Source of the DNA: an uncultured Halobacteriales archaeon
GTDB lineage: Archaea; Halobacteriota; Halobacteria; Halobacteriales; Halalkalicoccaceae
NCBI GenBank assembly: GCA_964403315.1
Contig: CAYOFZ010000001.1
Span: 1 to 49,931 of the forward strand
Direction: 5' to 3'
Length of the DNA: 49,931 nt
The notes beneath the pieces were generated by a model. That model was not told where the DNA came from. It searched no databases and was given only the letters and a program-made list of their open reading frames with translations. Below are positions 30,386 through 38,906 of this stretch, in pieces (position 1 is the stretch's first letter; each line of letters starts with the position of its first letter). Made by a program: the position numbers and the translations under genes.

Positions 30386-30619
30386 ATGACGAGTACTGGT
30401 TCGTCTACGGGTGATACCGAACAGCCGTTCGAGGAATGGCTGACCGAAAAAGTAGAAGAATGGAGGGGTGTCTACAAGGACGGGCCGAGGACCAAGGACA
30501 ATGCACGACGAAAGGATGTTGCACTCGGTCGGCTCCGCGCGTTCCGTGACGCTCGGACTGAATACCTAAACCGTTCTGTGGACTCGGAGACCGACCGATC
30601 CACGAGAGGCCAGCCATGA
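30386..30619 (+). CDS. hypothetical protein
   Basis: 77 aa from ATG 30386. Charged and helical-looking. Confidence 0.45.
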   Translation: MTSTGSSTGDTEQPFEEWLTEKVEEWRGVYKDGPRTKDNARRKDVALGRLRAFRDARTEYLNRSVDSETDRSTRGQP

Positions 30620-30888
30620 AGTTGAATCGCCCCGCGAACACCCGCGAGCGGCCGACCTTTCCCCAGTTTCGCGAGCGGTTCGGGGAGGACCCCGCCCGCA
30701 TCCTGCATTCGGATCTCGACCCGACGCCGCGGCTCAAAGCGATCGAGGATCCCGACCTGTTGCGCGCGTACATCCACGTCGAGGCCGAACGCGACACGCC
30801 CGATCGGACGTTGATCGGCTGGTGCAATCGGCGGATTGAGACGCTCGAAGAGAGATCGGCGGTCGATGGTGAGGTGAGTGATCCATGA
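30616..30888 (+). CDS. hypothetical protein
   Basis: 90-aa ORF, ATGA-coupled to the ATPase gene. Confidence 0.5.
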   Translation: MKLNRPANTRERPTFPQFRERFGEDPARILHSDLDPTPRLKAIEDPDLLRAYIHVEAERDTPDRTLIGWCNRRIETLEERSAVDGEVSDP

Positions 30889-32591
30889 GCGACGCAGAGA
30901 CCATTCCGTTCGACGCCGTGGGCGAGACGACACTCCCGATCGTCGAGTTGCTGACCGGGCGTGGCTTCATCACCGGCAAAAGCGGATCGGGGAAATCGAA
31001 CACCGCCTCCGTCGTCGTTGAAGAGCTTCTCGACCGCGGGTTTCCGGTAATGATCATCGATACGGACGGCGAATACTGGGGCCTGAAGGAGGACTACGAA
31101 CTTCTCCACGTCGGGGCGGACGAGGAGTGTGACCTTCAGATCGGTCCGGAGCACGCGGAAAAACTCGCTGACCTGGCGTTGGCGCAGTCCGTTCCCATCA
31201 TCCTCGACGTGTCCGGGTACCTCGACGAAGACGAAGCGAGCGCACTGGTTAGAGAGACGGCATCGGCACTGTTTTCAAAGGAGAAGAAACTCAACAAGCC
31301 GTTCCTCCTGCTCGTCGAAGAGATCCACGAGTACCTGCCCGAAGGCGCTGGGAGCGACGAGACCGCGCGGATGCTGACCCGCGTGGCAAAGCGCGGGCGG
31401 AAACGTGGTCTCGGTCTCTGTGGGATGTCACAGCGCCCAGCAGACGTCAAGAAGGACTTCATCACACAGTGCGACTGGCTGATGTGGCACCGGTTGACGT
31501 GGGAGAACGATACGAAGGTTGTCGGCCGCGTTATTGGCACCGATTACAGGGAGTCGGTACAGGACCTCGCAGACGGCGAGGCATTCCTGATGGCGGACTT
31601 TCTCGACGACGACCGCCAGCGCGTCCAGGTCCGACGAAAGCGGACGTTCGACGCGGGCGCGACGCCCGATCTCGGCGACTACGAGCGCCCCGAACTGAAG
31701 AGTGTCGGTGGTGACCTCGTTTCCGAACTCGAAGGAATCTCCGATCGCGAACAGCAGCGCCAGGATCGGATCGCCCAGCTCGAAGCCGTCGTCGATGAGC
31801 GAGAGGCGACGATCGACGACCTCCGGGACGAACTGCAACAGGCCAGAGACATGACCGATATGGCAGACAAGTTCTCGGAAGCGTTGATAGAGTCCGCCAG
31901 CGGTGACTCCGGCGAAGCGATCGAATCCCAGATCGAAGAGATCAAAGAGGAAAAGAACGCCCGGATCGCCGAACTCGAGCGGGGGAACGAATCGCTTCGC
32001 GACGAGCTTCGCGAGCGTCGCGAGGAACTCACCGAAGTGCGAGATCGCGTCGACGAACTCGAAGAGTACGAGCAAGCGGTCGAAAATCTCGACGAGCTTC
32101 GCGAGGCCGCCCAGCGGATGACCGACGCGCTGGGGGTCGAGACCGGGGGCGACGACAAACTTCGCGAACGAGTCCAACGGCAATCCGACGAGATCGACCG
32201 CCTGCAGGCCGAGGTGCAACGGCTCGAAGACGCAAGTGACGCGCCACGCGTCCCGACCGAGTACCGCGAGTTCGTTTCGGATCCGGTTGTCGAAGCCGCG
32301 ATCGAAGATGCGACGAGCCAGGCCACCACCTCCCAGCGCTACGTCAAAGGCGTGGTGGCCGCGATAATCCAGGAGGGTGGCCCCGTGGACTACGAGACCG
32401 TCGCCGAGTATCTCGGGTTGAGCGGGACCGAACACGTCTCGAAAGCCAAGTCCGCGCTGGAGGCCCGTGGTGTCGTCACGGAGGTGTCCAAGCGGCCGAT
32501 GGAGATCGACTTCGACATGGACGCGATCGCCGAGATCAAAGCCCGGAACGAACGGCGTAAGCAGGCCGAATCGATCATGGAGGATCTATGA
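30885..32591 (+). CDS. HerA/DUF87-like P-loop ATPase with long acidic coiled coil and C-terminal wHTH
   Basis: Walker A GKSGSGKSNT. Walker B FLLLVEEIHEY. CGMSQRPADV. Heptad-rich aa 290-480. The C-terminus is wHTH-like. Confidence 0.8.
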   Translation: MSDAETIPFDAVGETTLPIVELLTGRGFITGKSGSGKSNTASVVVEELLDRGFPVMIIDTDGEYWGLKEDYELLHVGADEECDLQIGPEHAEKLADLALAQSVPIILDVSGYLDEDEASALVRETASALFSKEKKLNKPFLLLVEEIHEYLPEGAGSDETARMLTRVAKRGRKRGLGLCGMSQRPADVKKDFITQCDWLMWHRLTWENDTKVVGRVIGTDYRESVQDLADGEAFLMADFLDDDRQRVQVRRKRTFDAGATPDLGDYERPELKSVGGDLVSELEGISDREQQRQDRIAQLEAVVDEREATIDDLRDELQQARDMTDMADKFSEALIESASGDSGEAIESQIEEIKEEKNARIAELERGNESLRDELRERREELTEVRDRVDELEEYEQAVENLDELREAAQRMTDALGVETGGDDKLRERVQRQSDEIDRLQAEVQRLEDASDAPRVPTEYREFVSDPVVEAAIEDATSQATTSQRYVKGVVAAIIQEGGPVDYETVAEYLGLSGTEHVSKAKSALEARGVVTEVSKRPMEIDFDMDAIAEIKARNERRKQAESIMEDL

Positions 32592-33037
32592 GCTCGCAGA
32601 GTAAGGAGATCGGGACGGCGATCGAAACGCAACTCTGCCAGCAAAATGACTGGGAGCGCGTTGATGGCGCACTCGAGGAGCCGGACGCGATCAACGACAG
32701 CGGCGAACCGTTCGAGATCAAGGGGGCCCGAAAAACGATCAGTAACGGTGAGGGGGAGACTGCCGGTCGGTTCTATCTCCGGTACCGGGCGCATCAAGCC
32801 CTCATCGAAAACGATGGCAGCTATGCGCTATCGGTGTATGAGTATGCCGACGGCGCAGACATCGAGATCCTCGTAACCGAGATCGTCTCGGCGCAGGACG
32901 TCGACGAACTGATCGGGGACTGGACAACCGTCGATCGCCCCGGTGAAGTAGCTGTCGCGAAGTTATCTCATCACTGTTTCGACCTGCTTCCGGAGCTGGG
33001 CTCGGGGCGTTCCAACGGAGGTGGTCGTGATGTCTGA
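32588..33037 (+). CDS. PD-(D/E)xK nuclease (Hjc or restriction-endonuclease-like)
   Basis: 149-aa ORF. IGTAIETQL helix, then PDAINDSGEPFEIKGA (D..ExK). ATGA-coupled to the ATPase. Confidence 0.55.
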   Translation: MSSQSKEIGTAIETQLCQQNDWERVDGALEEPDAINDSGEPFEIKGARKTISNGEGETAGRFYLRYRAHQALIENDGSYALSVYEYADGADIEILVTEIVSAQDVDELIGDWTTVDRPGEVAVAKLSHHCFDLLPELGSGRSNGGGRDV

Positions 33038-33179
33038 TCACAATCGGGGTCGATTAGCCCACGCGACCGTGGAGTGTTGGCGCTGCGGCGAAGCGCGGTA
33101 CACATTTGAGTCGTGTCAGTACTGTGGGGCGTTCGGTAAACGGCTCACGAAACGCCAGCAGCGAGGTGACGTCGCATGA
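33030..33179 (+). CDS. 49-aa zinc-ribbon mini-protein
   Basis: Not in the track. CWRCG..CQYCG. Overlaps both neighbours. Confidence 0.4.
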   Translation: MSDHNRGRLAHATVECWRCGEARYTFESCQYCGAFGKRLTKRQQRGDVA

Positions 33180-33619
33180 CGAAGTACGACGTTCCGGACG
33201 ACCACTGGGAGCGTGACGAGCCCGCCGGCCCGCCAGCGTGGAAATCGGACACCTCGGCGGCGAGTATCGAAATCGACGTTCAACTGCACGACGAGGGCTA
33301 TCAGACCGACGAGAAGTGGACAATCCACTGCACGGACCGGCACGACGACGGCGGGATTGTCGCCGGCTATGCCATCAAGCACCAGAACAAGGGGAATTAC
33401 TGGCGAGAAGGCGACCACTGGCGCAACGCGGTGGATTTCGTCGATCTTCCTAGGCGCGTTCGACAGCGTGTGGCCCACGTCCTGAATCGTTCTCTGGAAG
33501 ACATCACGCCGGGGTCACGGACGATTCAGCGGGTGGATGGGACCGGGATCGCCGACCGCGACGGTCAGACTAGCAACGACGCTGTGGGTCGTTCCGAAGG
33601 GGGTGATCGCCATGTCTGA
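33176..33619 (+). CDS. hypothetical protein ending ..GGDRHV
   Basis: 147-aa ORF. Confidence 0.55.
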   Translation: MTKYDVPDDHWERDEPAGPPAWKSDTSAASIEIDVQLHDEGYQTDEKWTIHCTDRHDDGGIVAGYAIKHQNKGNYWREGDHWRNAVDFVDLPRRVRQRVAHVLNRSLEDITPGSRTIQRVDGTGIADRDGQTSNDAVGRSEGGDRHV

Positions 33620-33797
33620 GAGTGGTATAGACCACGGTCCAGATCTCTGCATCGCAATGTGTGGGGACTACCAGTGTGAGGGGTTCAACGGGCACGAATG
33701 TCCCCATTTCGCCCTTGGCGGCGACATCGAGTGGACTGGTGGGTCTGTTCCTAGATACGCAGGTACGGGTTCCGAGGAGGCCGATCGCCATGTCTGA
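33612..33797 (+). CDS. Cys-rich mini-protein (MSE...SEEADRHV cassette)
   Basis: 61 aa from ATG 33612, inside the conserved junction box. Confidence 0.5.
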   Translation: MSESGIDHGPDLCIAMCGDYQCEGFNGHECPHFALGGDIEWTGGSVPRYAGTGSEEADRHV

Positions 33798-34071
33798 AGG
33801 CGGTGTCGAACGGCCAGATCCCAAAGACGATCCGTTCGTCTGCTCCATCTGTGGATGCTACATCGGCCAATTCTCCGGCGACTACTGTGACGGTTGCGCC
33901 CGCGATATTGGCGTCAAACCACCGCTACGCCGCTGTATTGACTGCGGCAAACGATACCCCGAGGAGGGGATGGTCGGGATTGACGTATCGCAGCCGGACG
34001 AGTACTACCCCACGTTCGAGTTCGTTTGCCGCGGCTGTTCAACCACGGATACCGAGGAGGCCGCCCGATGA
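33790..34071 (+). CDS. multi-CxxC protein (MSE...TEEAAR cassette)
   Basis: 93 aa from ATG 33790. CSICGC, CDGC, CIDCG, CRGC. Confidence 0.5.
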   Translation: MSEGGVERPDPKDDPFVCSICGCYIGQFSGDYCDGCARDIGVKPPLRRCIDCGKRYPEEGMVGIDVSQPDEYYPTFEFVCRGCSTTDTEEAAR

Positions 34072-34229
34072 CGGACGGAATCGAACTCGGTCAGATAATG
34101 CAATTTGTCCGGAGGATCGGAAGTCGGGTAGTGTTGGAATGTCCCGACTGCAAAAAAAAGACCACAGTACCGGCAGGTACATTCGCGATTTGCGATTGTG
34201 ATACCGAGGAGGCCGATCGTCATGTCTGA
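34068..34229 (+). CDS. zinc-ribbon mini-protein (..TEEADRHV cassette)
   Basis: 53 aa from ATG 34068 (ATGA overlap). CPDC..CDC. Confidence 0.45.
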   Translation: MTDGIELGQIMQFVRRIGSRVVLECPDCKKKTTVPAGTFAICDCDTEEADRHV

Positions 34230-34743
34230 GCACGAGCCTTCGCAGTTCGTCGACGCGCGGACAAGCGCCGTGCTCAGCGACGATCGAACGTATCGCTACC
34301 GGCTGCGGCGGACGTGGGACGACGAGAAGCCGACCGTTGCATTTCTTATGCTGAACCCGAGCACGGCCGACGAAACCGAAGACGACCCGACGATTCGGCG
34401 CTGCATCGGCTATGCGAAACGGTGGGGCTATGGGACGCTCCTCGTCGGGAATCTGTTCGCGCTTCGGGCCTCCAATCCGGCGCAGCTCGCCGAGCACCCT
34501 GATCCCGTGGGGCCTGAGAACGACGAGTACCTGCGATCGATCTGCTCGGACGATCCTCTCGTAGTCGCGGCGTGGGGACAGAACGGCACACTGGACGCTC
34601 GCGGACGAGAGGTGGCCGCTCTGCTCGATGTCGAACTCTTTGCTCTGGAAACGACGAAGGACGGCCACCCAGTGCATCCGCTGTACCAGCCGTTGGACGC
34701 TGATCTCGAACGATTCGAGTACGGAGCTGATCGCGATGACTGA
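34222..34743 (+). CDS. DUF1643-family protein
   Basis: 173 aa from ATG 34222. YRYRLRRTW..VAFLMLNPSTAD..DPTIRRCIGYA..GNLFALRAS is the family signature as I recall it. Confidence 0.75.
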   Translation: MSEHEPSQFVDARTSAVLSDDRTYRYRLRRTWDDEKPTVAFLMLNPSTADETEDDPTIRRCIGYAKRWGYGTLLVGNLFALRASNPAQLAEHPDPVGPENDEYLRSICSDDPLVVAAWGQNGTLDARGREVAALLDVELFALETTKDGHPVHPLYQPLDADLERFEYGADRDD

Positions 34744-36550
34744 CCCCTTCCGGCTCGTCATCGTCGACCTGTTCTGTGGCGGTGGCGGGTTCTCGACCGG
34801 GATGGTTTCGGCGCTACTCGATCACTTCGATGACGTCATCTCTGCGGAGACTGGCGTCCCTCGCGAGGAGATCGAGGAACGTCACCCGGCCGTCCAGGAT
34901 TGGCTCGCCGATAACGTCCTGCTCGTCGCGGTTAACCACGATGAGCACGCAGTTGCGACCTACGAGGCGAACCACCCGTGGGCCATCGTCTACGAGGCGA
35001 AGGTGCAGAACCTCCACCCGCCCCAGGCCGTCACGGTCGAGCACGAGGGCGAGGAGATCATCGTCCGGCCGGACATCGTGATCGGCGGTCCGTCGTGCAT
35101 CCCCTGGAGCAAGGCGAACAACGGGATGGCGAAGGACAACCAGCTCCGGATGGCTCCCGATCACGTCAAGCACTGGCTCGAGCTGCTGCTCCCGAAGCAG
35201 TTCCTCCTGGAGAACGTCGAGGGGCTGCTGAAGTGGGGTCCCACAGTGTGGGAGGACGGCGAACCGCGGATGATAAAGGACGGCTCCCTATTCGAGCGGT
35301 GGGTCGGCGACCTCCGCGCGATCGGCTACACCGTCGAGTGGGACACATTCTACGCCCACGACTACGGCGACGCGCAGTCCCGGAAGCGTCTGTTCGTGAT
35401 GGGGCGACTGGACTACGAACCGCAGTGGCCGGAGCCGACGCACTCGGAAGATGGGGCCGGAGTGACCGACCCCTACCGACCGGCCGCCGACGTGATCGAC
35501 TGGACGGATCCCGGGATGAGCCTCTGGCGTCGCGATCGCGACCACCCGAACGTCCACACCACGCTGAAGTACACGACCATGCGCCGGGTTGCCGAGGGGA
35601 TTCGACGCCACTGCGCCGACGAGCTGTCCCCCTTCGCCGACGCCCTGGACCGGATCGGGCGCGTCAACCCTGAGACGGACGACGTCGACCCGGAGGCGTT
35701 CGTCGACGTGACCGAGCTGCGAGCCGACGCCGTCCCGATCGAAGAGGCGGCCGAGGCAGCAGCGGAGCGCGACGACCCGTTCCTCGTCGAAGGCCCCGCG
35801 CTCGAGGTGGGCCAGGAGGCCCTCGAAGAGCGGTACGGGCTGTGCGTCCCCTACCTCCTCGGCCAGCACGGAGGGTCGGTCGCCCGCGACGCGACCGAGA
35901 AGCCGGTCCAGTCGATCGCGACGAAAGGTTACATCAGCCTCACGACGGCGGAGCCGTTCGTCCTCCCTCGGAACGGCCGGCAGCGAGACGAGTTCAGCAA
36001 CGGTACTCGCGACCCGGAGGAGCGGCCGCTTCACACGGTCACCGCTCACAACCACGATGGCTGGCTCGTGAGTCCGTACCTCGTCCCCTTCTACGGTGAA
36101 CGAGAGAACCAGTCCCCGCGGACGCACGACGTCGAGGAGCCGCTCCCGAACGTCCCGGCATCGGCCATCAAACAGGCCGCCGTATCGCCGTACCTCGTCG
36201 TCTACAACGGCGCTTCGAACTGCGCGGACATCGAGGCACCGATGCCGACGGCCACCGCGACGGATCGCCTCGCGCTGGTCGTCCCGGAGGCGTTTCCCTG
36301 GGGCCTCGACCTGCGGTTCCGGCTGCTGAAGCCCAGCGAACTCGCGATGGCCCAGGGCTTCCCTCCGGACTACGAGTTTGTCACCGACACCAAACGCCAG
36401 CACACGAAGTTGATCGGGAACGCTGTGCCGGTCAATCTGGCGGAGTCGATGTGCCGGACGCTCCTAGAGCCGACGGATACTCCGACGCTGAACAACTTCG
36501 GCGATGGGCCGCGACCGGCGGCCGAAGGGGTGGTCTCGGACGATGACTGA
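34736..36550 (+). CDS. dcm: DNA (cytosine-5) methyltransferase
   Basis: 604 aa from ATG 34736. Motif I DLFCGGGGFS, PC motif GGPSCIPWS, ENV, QSRKRLFV, GNAVP. Long variable region. Confidence 0.9.
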   Translation: MTDPFRLVIVDLFCGGGGFSTGMVSALLDHFDDVISAETGVPREEIEERHPAVQDWLADNVLLVAVNHDEHAVATYEANHPWAIVYEAKVQNLHPPQAVTVEHEGEEIIVRPDIVIGGPSCIPWSKANNGMAKDNQLRMAPDHVKHWLELLLPKQFLLENVEGLLKWGPTVWEDGEPRMIKDGSLFERWVGDLRAIGYTVEWDTFYAHDYGDAQSRKRLFVMGRLDYEPQWPEPTHSEDGAGVTDPYRPAADVIDWTDPGMSLWRRDRDHPNVHTTLKYTTMRRVAEGIRRHCADELSPFADALDRIGRVNPETDDVDPEAFVDVTELRADAVPIEEAAEAAAERDDPFLVEGPALEVGQEALEERYGLCVPYLLGQHGGSVARDATEKPVQSIATKGYISLTTAEPFVLPRNGRQRDEFSNGTRDPEERPLHTVTAHNHDGWLVSPYLVPFYGERENQSPRTHDVEEPLPNVPASAIKQAAVSPYLVVYNGASNCADIEAPMPTATATDRLALVVPEAFPWGLDLRFRLLKPSELAMAQGFPPDYEFVTDTKRQHTKLIGNAVPVNLAESMCRTLLEPTDTPTLNNFGDGPRPAAEGVVSDDD

Positions 36551-37481
36551 CGGAGATGTCGGATTGGACGAGCTCGAAACACTCAATGAGAAGAGTGAAG
36601 ACGAACTCTCAGATGCAGAGGTCACGAGTAAAATCAAGCTCTCGGTAAAACGGCGGTTCGATTACCCAATGTGGTTGATGGTGTTTGAGTTCCAGAATCG
36701 AGACGGCAAGCGAGCGGATTGTCTGGCGTTCAACACCGCTGCGTCCCGCAACTTCAAACTCGTGGGTTATGAGTTCAAGGCGAGTCGGAGTGATTGGCTC
36801 TCTGAGAAAAAAGATCCGGAGAAATCGGACTACTTCATCGAGCTCTGTGATGAGTGGTACGTCGTGGCAGGACGTCGTGGGATCGTCCAGGAATCCGAAT
36901 TACCCGACGGGTGGGGGTTATTGGAACTGAAACCCAGTGGGCAACTTTACAAACTCGTAGAGTCCGATCTCGACGACGATCTACAGAACGTGGTGCCGGA
37001 TCGCCGATTCTACGCGAAATTTATGAAAAAAGCAGTCGGTAATAGTTCCAACTTCGACCAGCAAGACCTCCGCGAAGCCAAACGACGAGGGTATGATGAA
37101 GCAATGGACGAAGCCGTTGAGGAGCATCTCGACTACGAGACGGAGAAATTGAATAAGAAGGCCGAGAGTTTCGATAAGATCAGGGATAGTGAGCTCCACC
37201 TCCGTCCCCCGGTGAGTGACGATCGGGTTGCGAGGTTGAAGAAGGCGGAAACGTTGATACAGTCGGTCGAGTCGGACGGCTTCTCCAGTCTTCGTGGAAA
37301 CATCGACAGGTTACATACGACGTTTGAATCCACGCTCGAATCCTTCGCGCGAGATGTCGATCAACTGCATGGCCTGATGGACGAACTTCAAGTTGAACTA
37401 GATGACGTCGCTGCTACCGGAGATGATCCATCAACAGGAAAGGGAGATGGACAACCAGACGAGGGTGATGCAGACCGATGA
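36543..37481 (+). CDS. MmcB-like PD-(D/E)xK nuclease domain fused to a coiled-coil tail
   Basis: 312 aa from ATG 36543 (overlaps the dcm 3' end by 8 nt; its ATG lies 2 nt upstream of the dcm TGA). ADCLAF..LVGYEFKASRSDW..YFIELCDEWYVV..LPDGWGLLEL. AT-richer than dcm. Confidence 0.6.
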   Translation: MTDGDVGLDELETLNEKSEDELSDAEVTSKIKLSVKRRFDYPMWLMVFEFQNRDGKRADCLAFNTAASRNFKLVGYEFKASRSDWLSEKKDPEKSDYFIELCDEWYVVAGRRGIVQESELPDGWGLLELKPSGQLYKLVESDLDDDLQNVVPDRRFYAKFMKKAVGNSSNFDQQDLREAKRRGYDEAMDEAVEEHLDYETEKLNKKAESFDKIRDSELHLRPPVSDDRVARLKKAETLIQSVESDGFSSLRGNIDRLHTTFESTLESFARDVDQLHGLMDELQVELDDVAATGDDPSTGKGDGQPDEGDADR

Positions 37482-38242
37482 GCGCCGACAGCACAGTGCA
37501 GGTTGACGATGATTGCGTGGAAGAGGATCTCGTCGAAGAACTCATCGTACAGACCAATCGTCTGGAAGAGCACGTCGACGACCTCACCGACCAGCTTGAG
37601 ATCGCCGAAAACCGAATCGCCGACCTCGAAAAAGAAACCCAGTCGCAGTCGGCGTTGATCGACGCGCTTCGCACCCAGAACGAACACCTCAAAACCGTGC
37701 TCGCCGGGGGTCCCGATGAATTCTCGACTTGGGAGACCGACGACATGGTGCCGATGCACGCGCGGTTGTTGAACGTCGAAGACGGCCTGGAGGATCACGA
37801 GGACAAACTGCGAATGATGGTCGTCGACGACGGTCAGAAAGGCAGCCCTGACGAACGCGCCATACACCTTCGGCAAGTCCTGTACAACGAAGGGAAACAG
37901 GTCTACAAAGAGCAGGACCACGACGGGTCGATCGAAGCGCGGCTTTCGCGTGATCGGTGTAAAACCGCGCTCGGATCGACCGTAAACCGTGGGACAGTGT
38001 TGGACGCCATGAAACGCGCTGCTGACGGTCGTGACGCGTCCGAATCAGAGGCCGTCGCGTATACGCCAATCCAGGGCGCGAGTACGTTAGAGCCGATGGA
38101 CGCGATCTCGTTCCATACCGGTGCGTCCGTGAACAACGCCGGTGACACCGAACAGAGCCACATCTCGATTCGGCTGGACAGTCTAACGCTGGGAGACTTC
38201 CGTAAGAATCTAACGACGGTGACGGACGAGGAGGGGGCCTAA
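37478..38242 (+). CDS. coiled-coil acidic protein
   Basis: 254-aa ORF. Heptad-like N-terminal 80 aa. ATGA-coupled. Confidence 0.55.
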   Translation: MSADSTVQVDDDCVEEDLVEELIVQTNRLEEHVDDLTDQLEIAENRIADLEKETQSQSALIDALRTQNEHLKTVLAGGPDEFSTWETDDMVPMHARLLNVEDGLEDHEDKLRMMVVDDGQKGSPDERAIHLRQVLYNEGKQVYKEQDHDGSIEARLSRDRCKTALGSTVNRGTVLDAMKRAADGRDASESEAVAYTPIQGASTLEPMDAISFHTGASVNNAGDTEQSHISIRLDSLTLGDFRKNLTTVTDEEGA

Positions 38243-38906
38243 GCATGCCCACGAACCGTGGAGGAAAACCACCACCGTTGTACTAGAGTAAATTAATTTT
38301 GCAGTAGCGGTATGAAACTACGTTTCATTAGTTGTATCTACGATTTCAAGAGCGGCGCGCGAGCGGTTGAAGCACGCCCGAAAAAATCTTACACACTCTT
38401 CCCCACCGTCGTTAGAATCTTACAGTAGTGGTAAGGGATTTGAGATAACCGACGAGAGAACGTATTAAAACGGCGTATGAGCATAATGGCAAGCTAGTTA
38501 GTGAGGACGAATATCTTACTGACATCTTGGACCCCAGTGTTGATCGAGACACCCAGTCTTTTGTATACCCCGAAGAGTACCTCACCGAACTCCGGAAACT
38601 CCTCGATAATGTTATCTTAACTTATTTGAGAGCTATATCAAATGATCACTCCATATCTGAGTTAATTTAGGAGTTAGATAGCACACTACGAGATGCACCA
38701 TTCAACTTAGAGGAATCGTAAGAAAAATGCTAATTCTCTGCAAGTTTAATATGTGGGTTGGATTAGGGAAAATAACAACTACATTTTCTACATATAGGAT
38801 GTATAAATAAATTGAATTTGCAACAACTGATAAGGAACGCCAATTCTGATGCTGCCTCAAGCCTGCCAGTCCACCGGCGAATCACCTGACAGAGAGTAAC
38901 GATTGA

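Noticed and set aside
30108-30389. 93-aa ORF (tail of 29838-30389) across the CCTGCAAGG repeat region.
   Set aside because: The composition is not protein-like for this organism (basic, Ala/Arg/Pro/Gly-rich). The frame is kept open by the repeats themselves. The region is interpreted as non-coding iterons.
38344-38378. Possible solitary degenerate CRISPR repeat at the left edge of the low-GC island. It shares a 14-nt identity (GGTTGAAGCACGCC) with the end of repeat 6 plus the start of spacer 6, and about 19-20/30 similarity to I-B repeats.
   Set aside because: A single 14-mer match in 50 kb is borderline for chance. The rest of the alignment is weak, and there is no second repeat. It is worth a computational check but is not supported as a feature.
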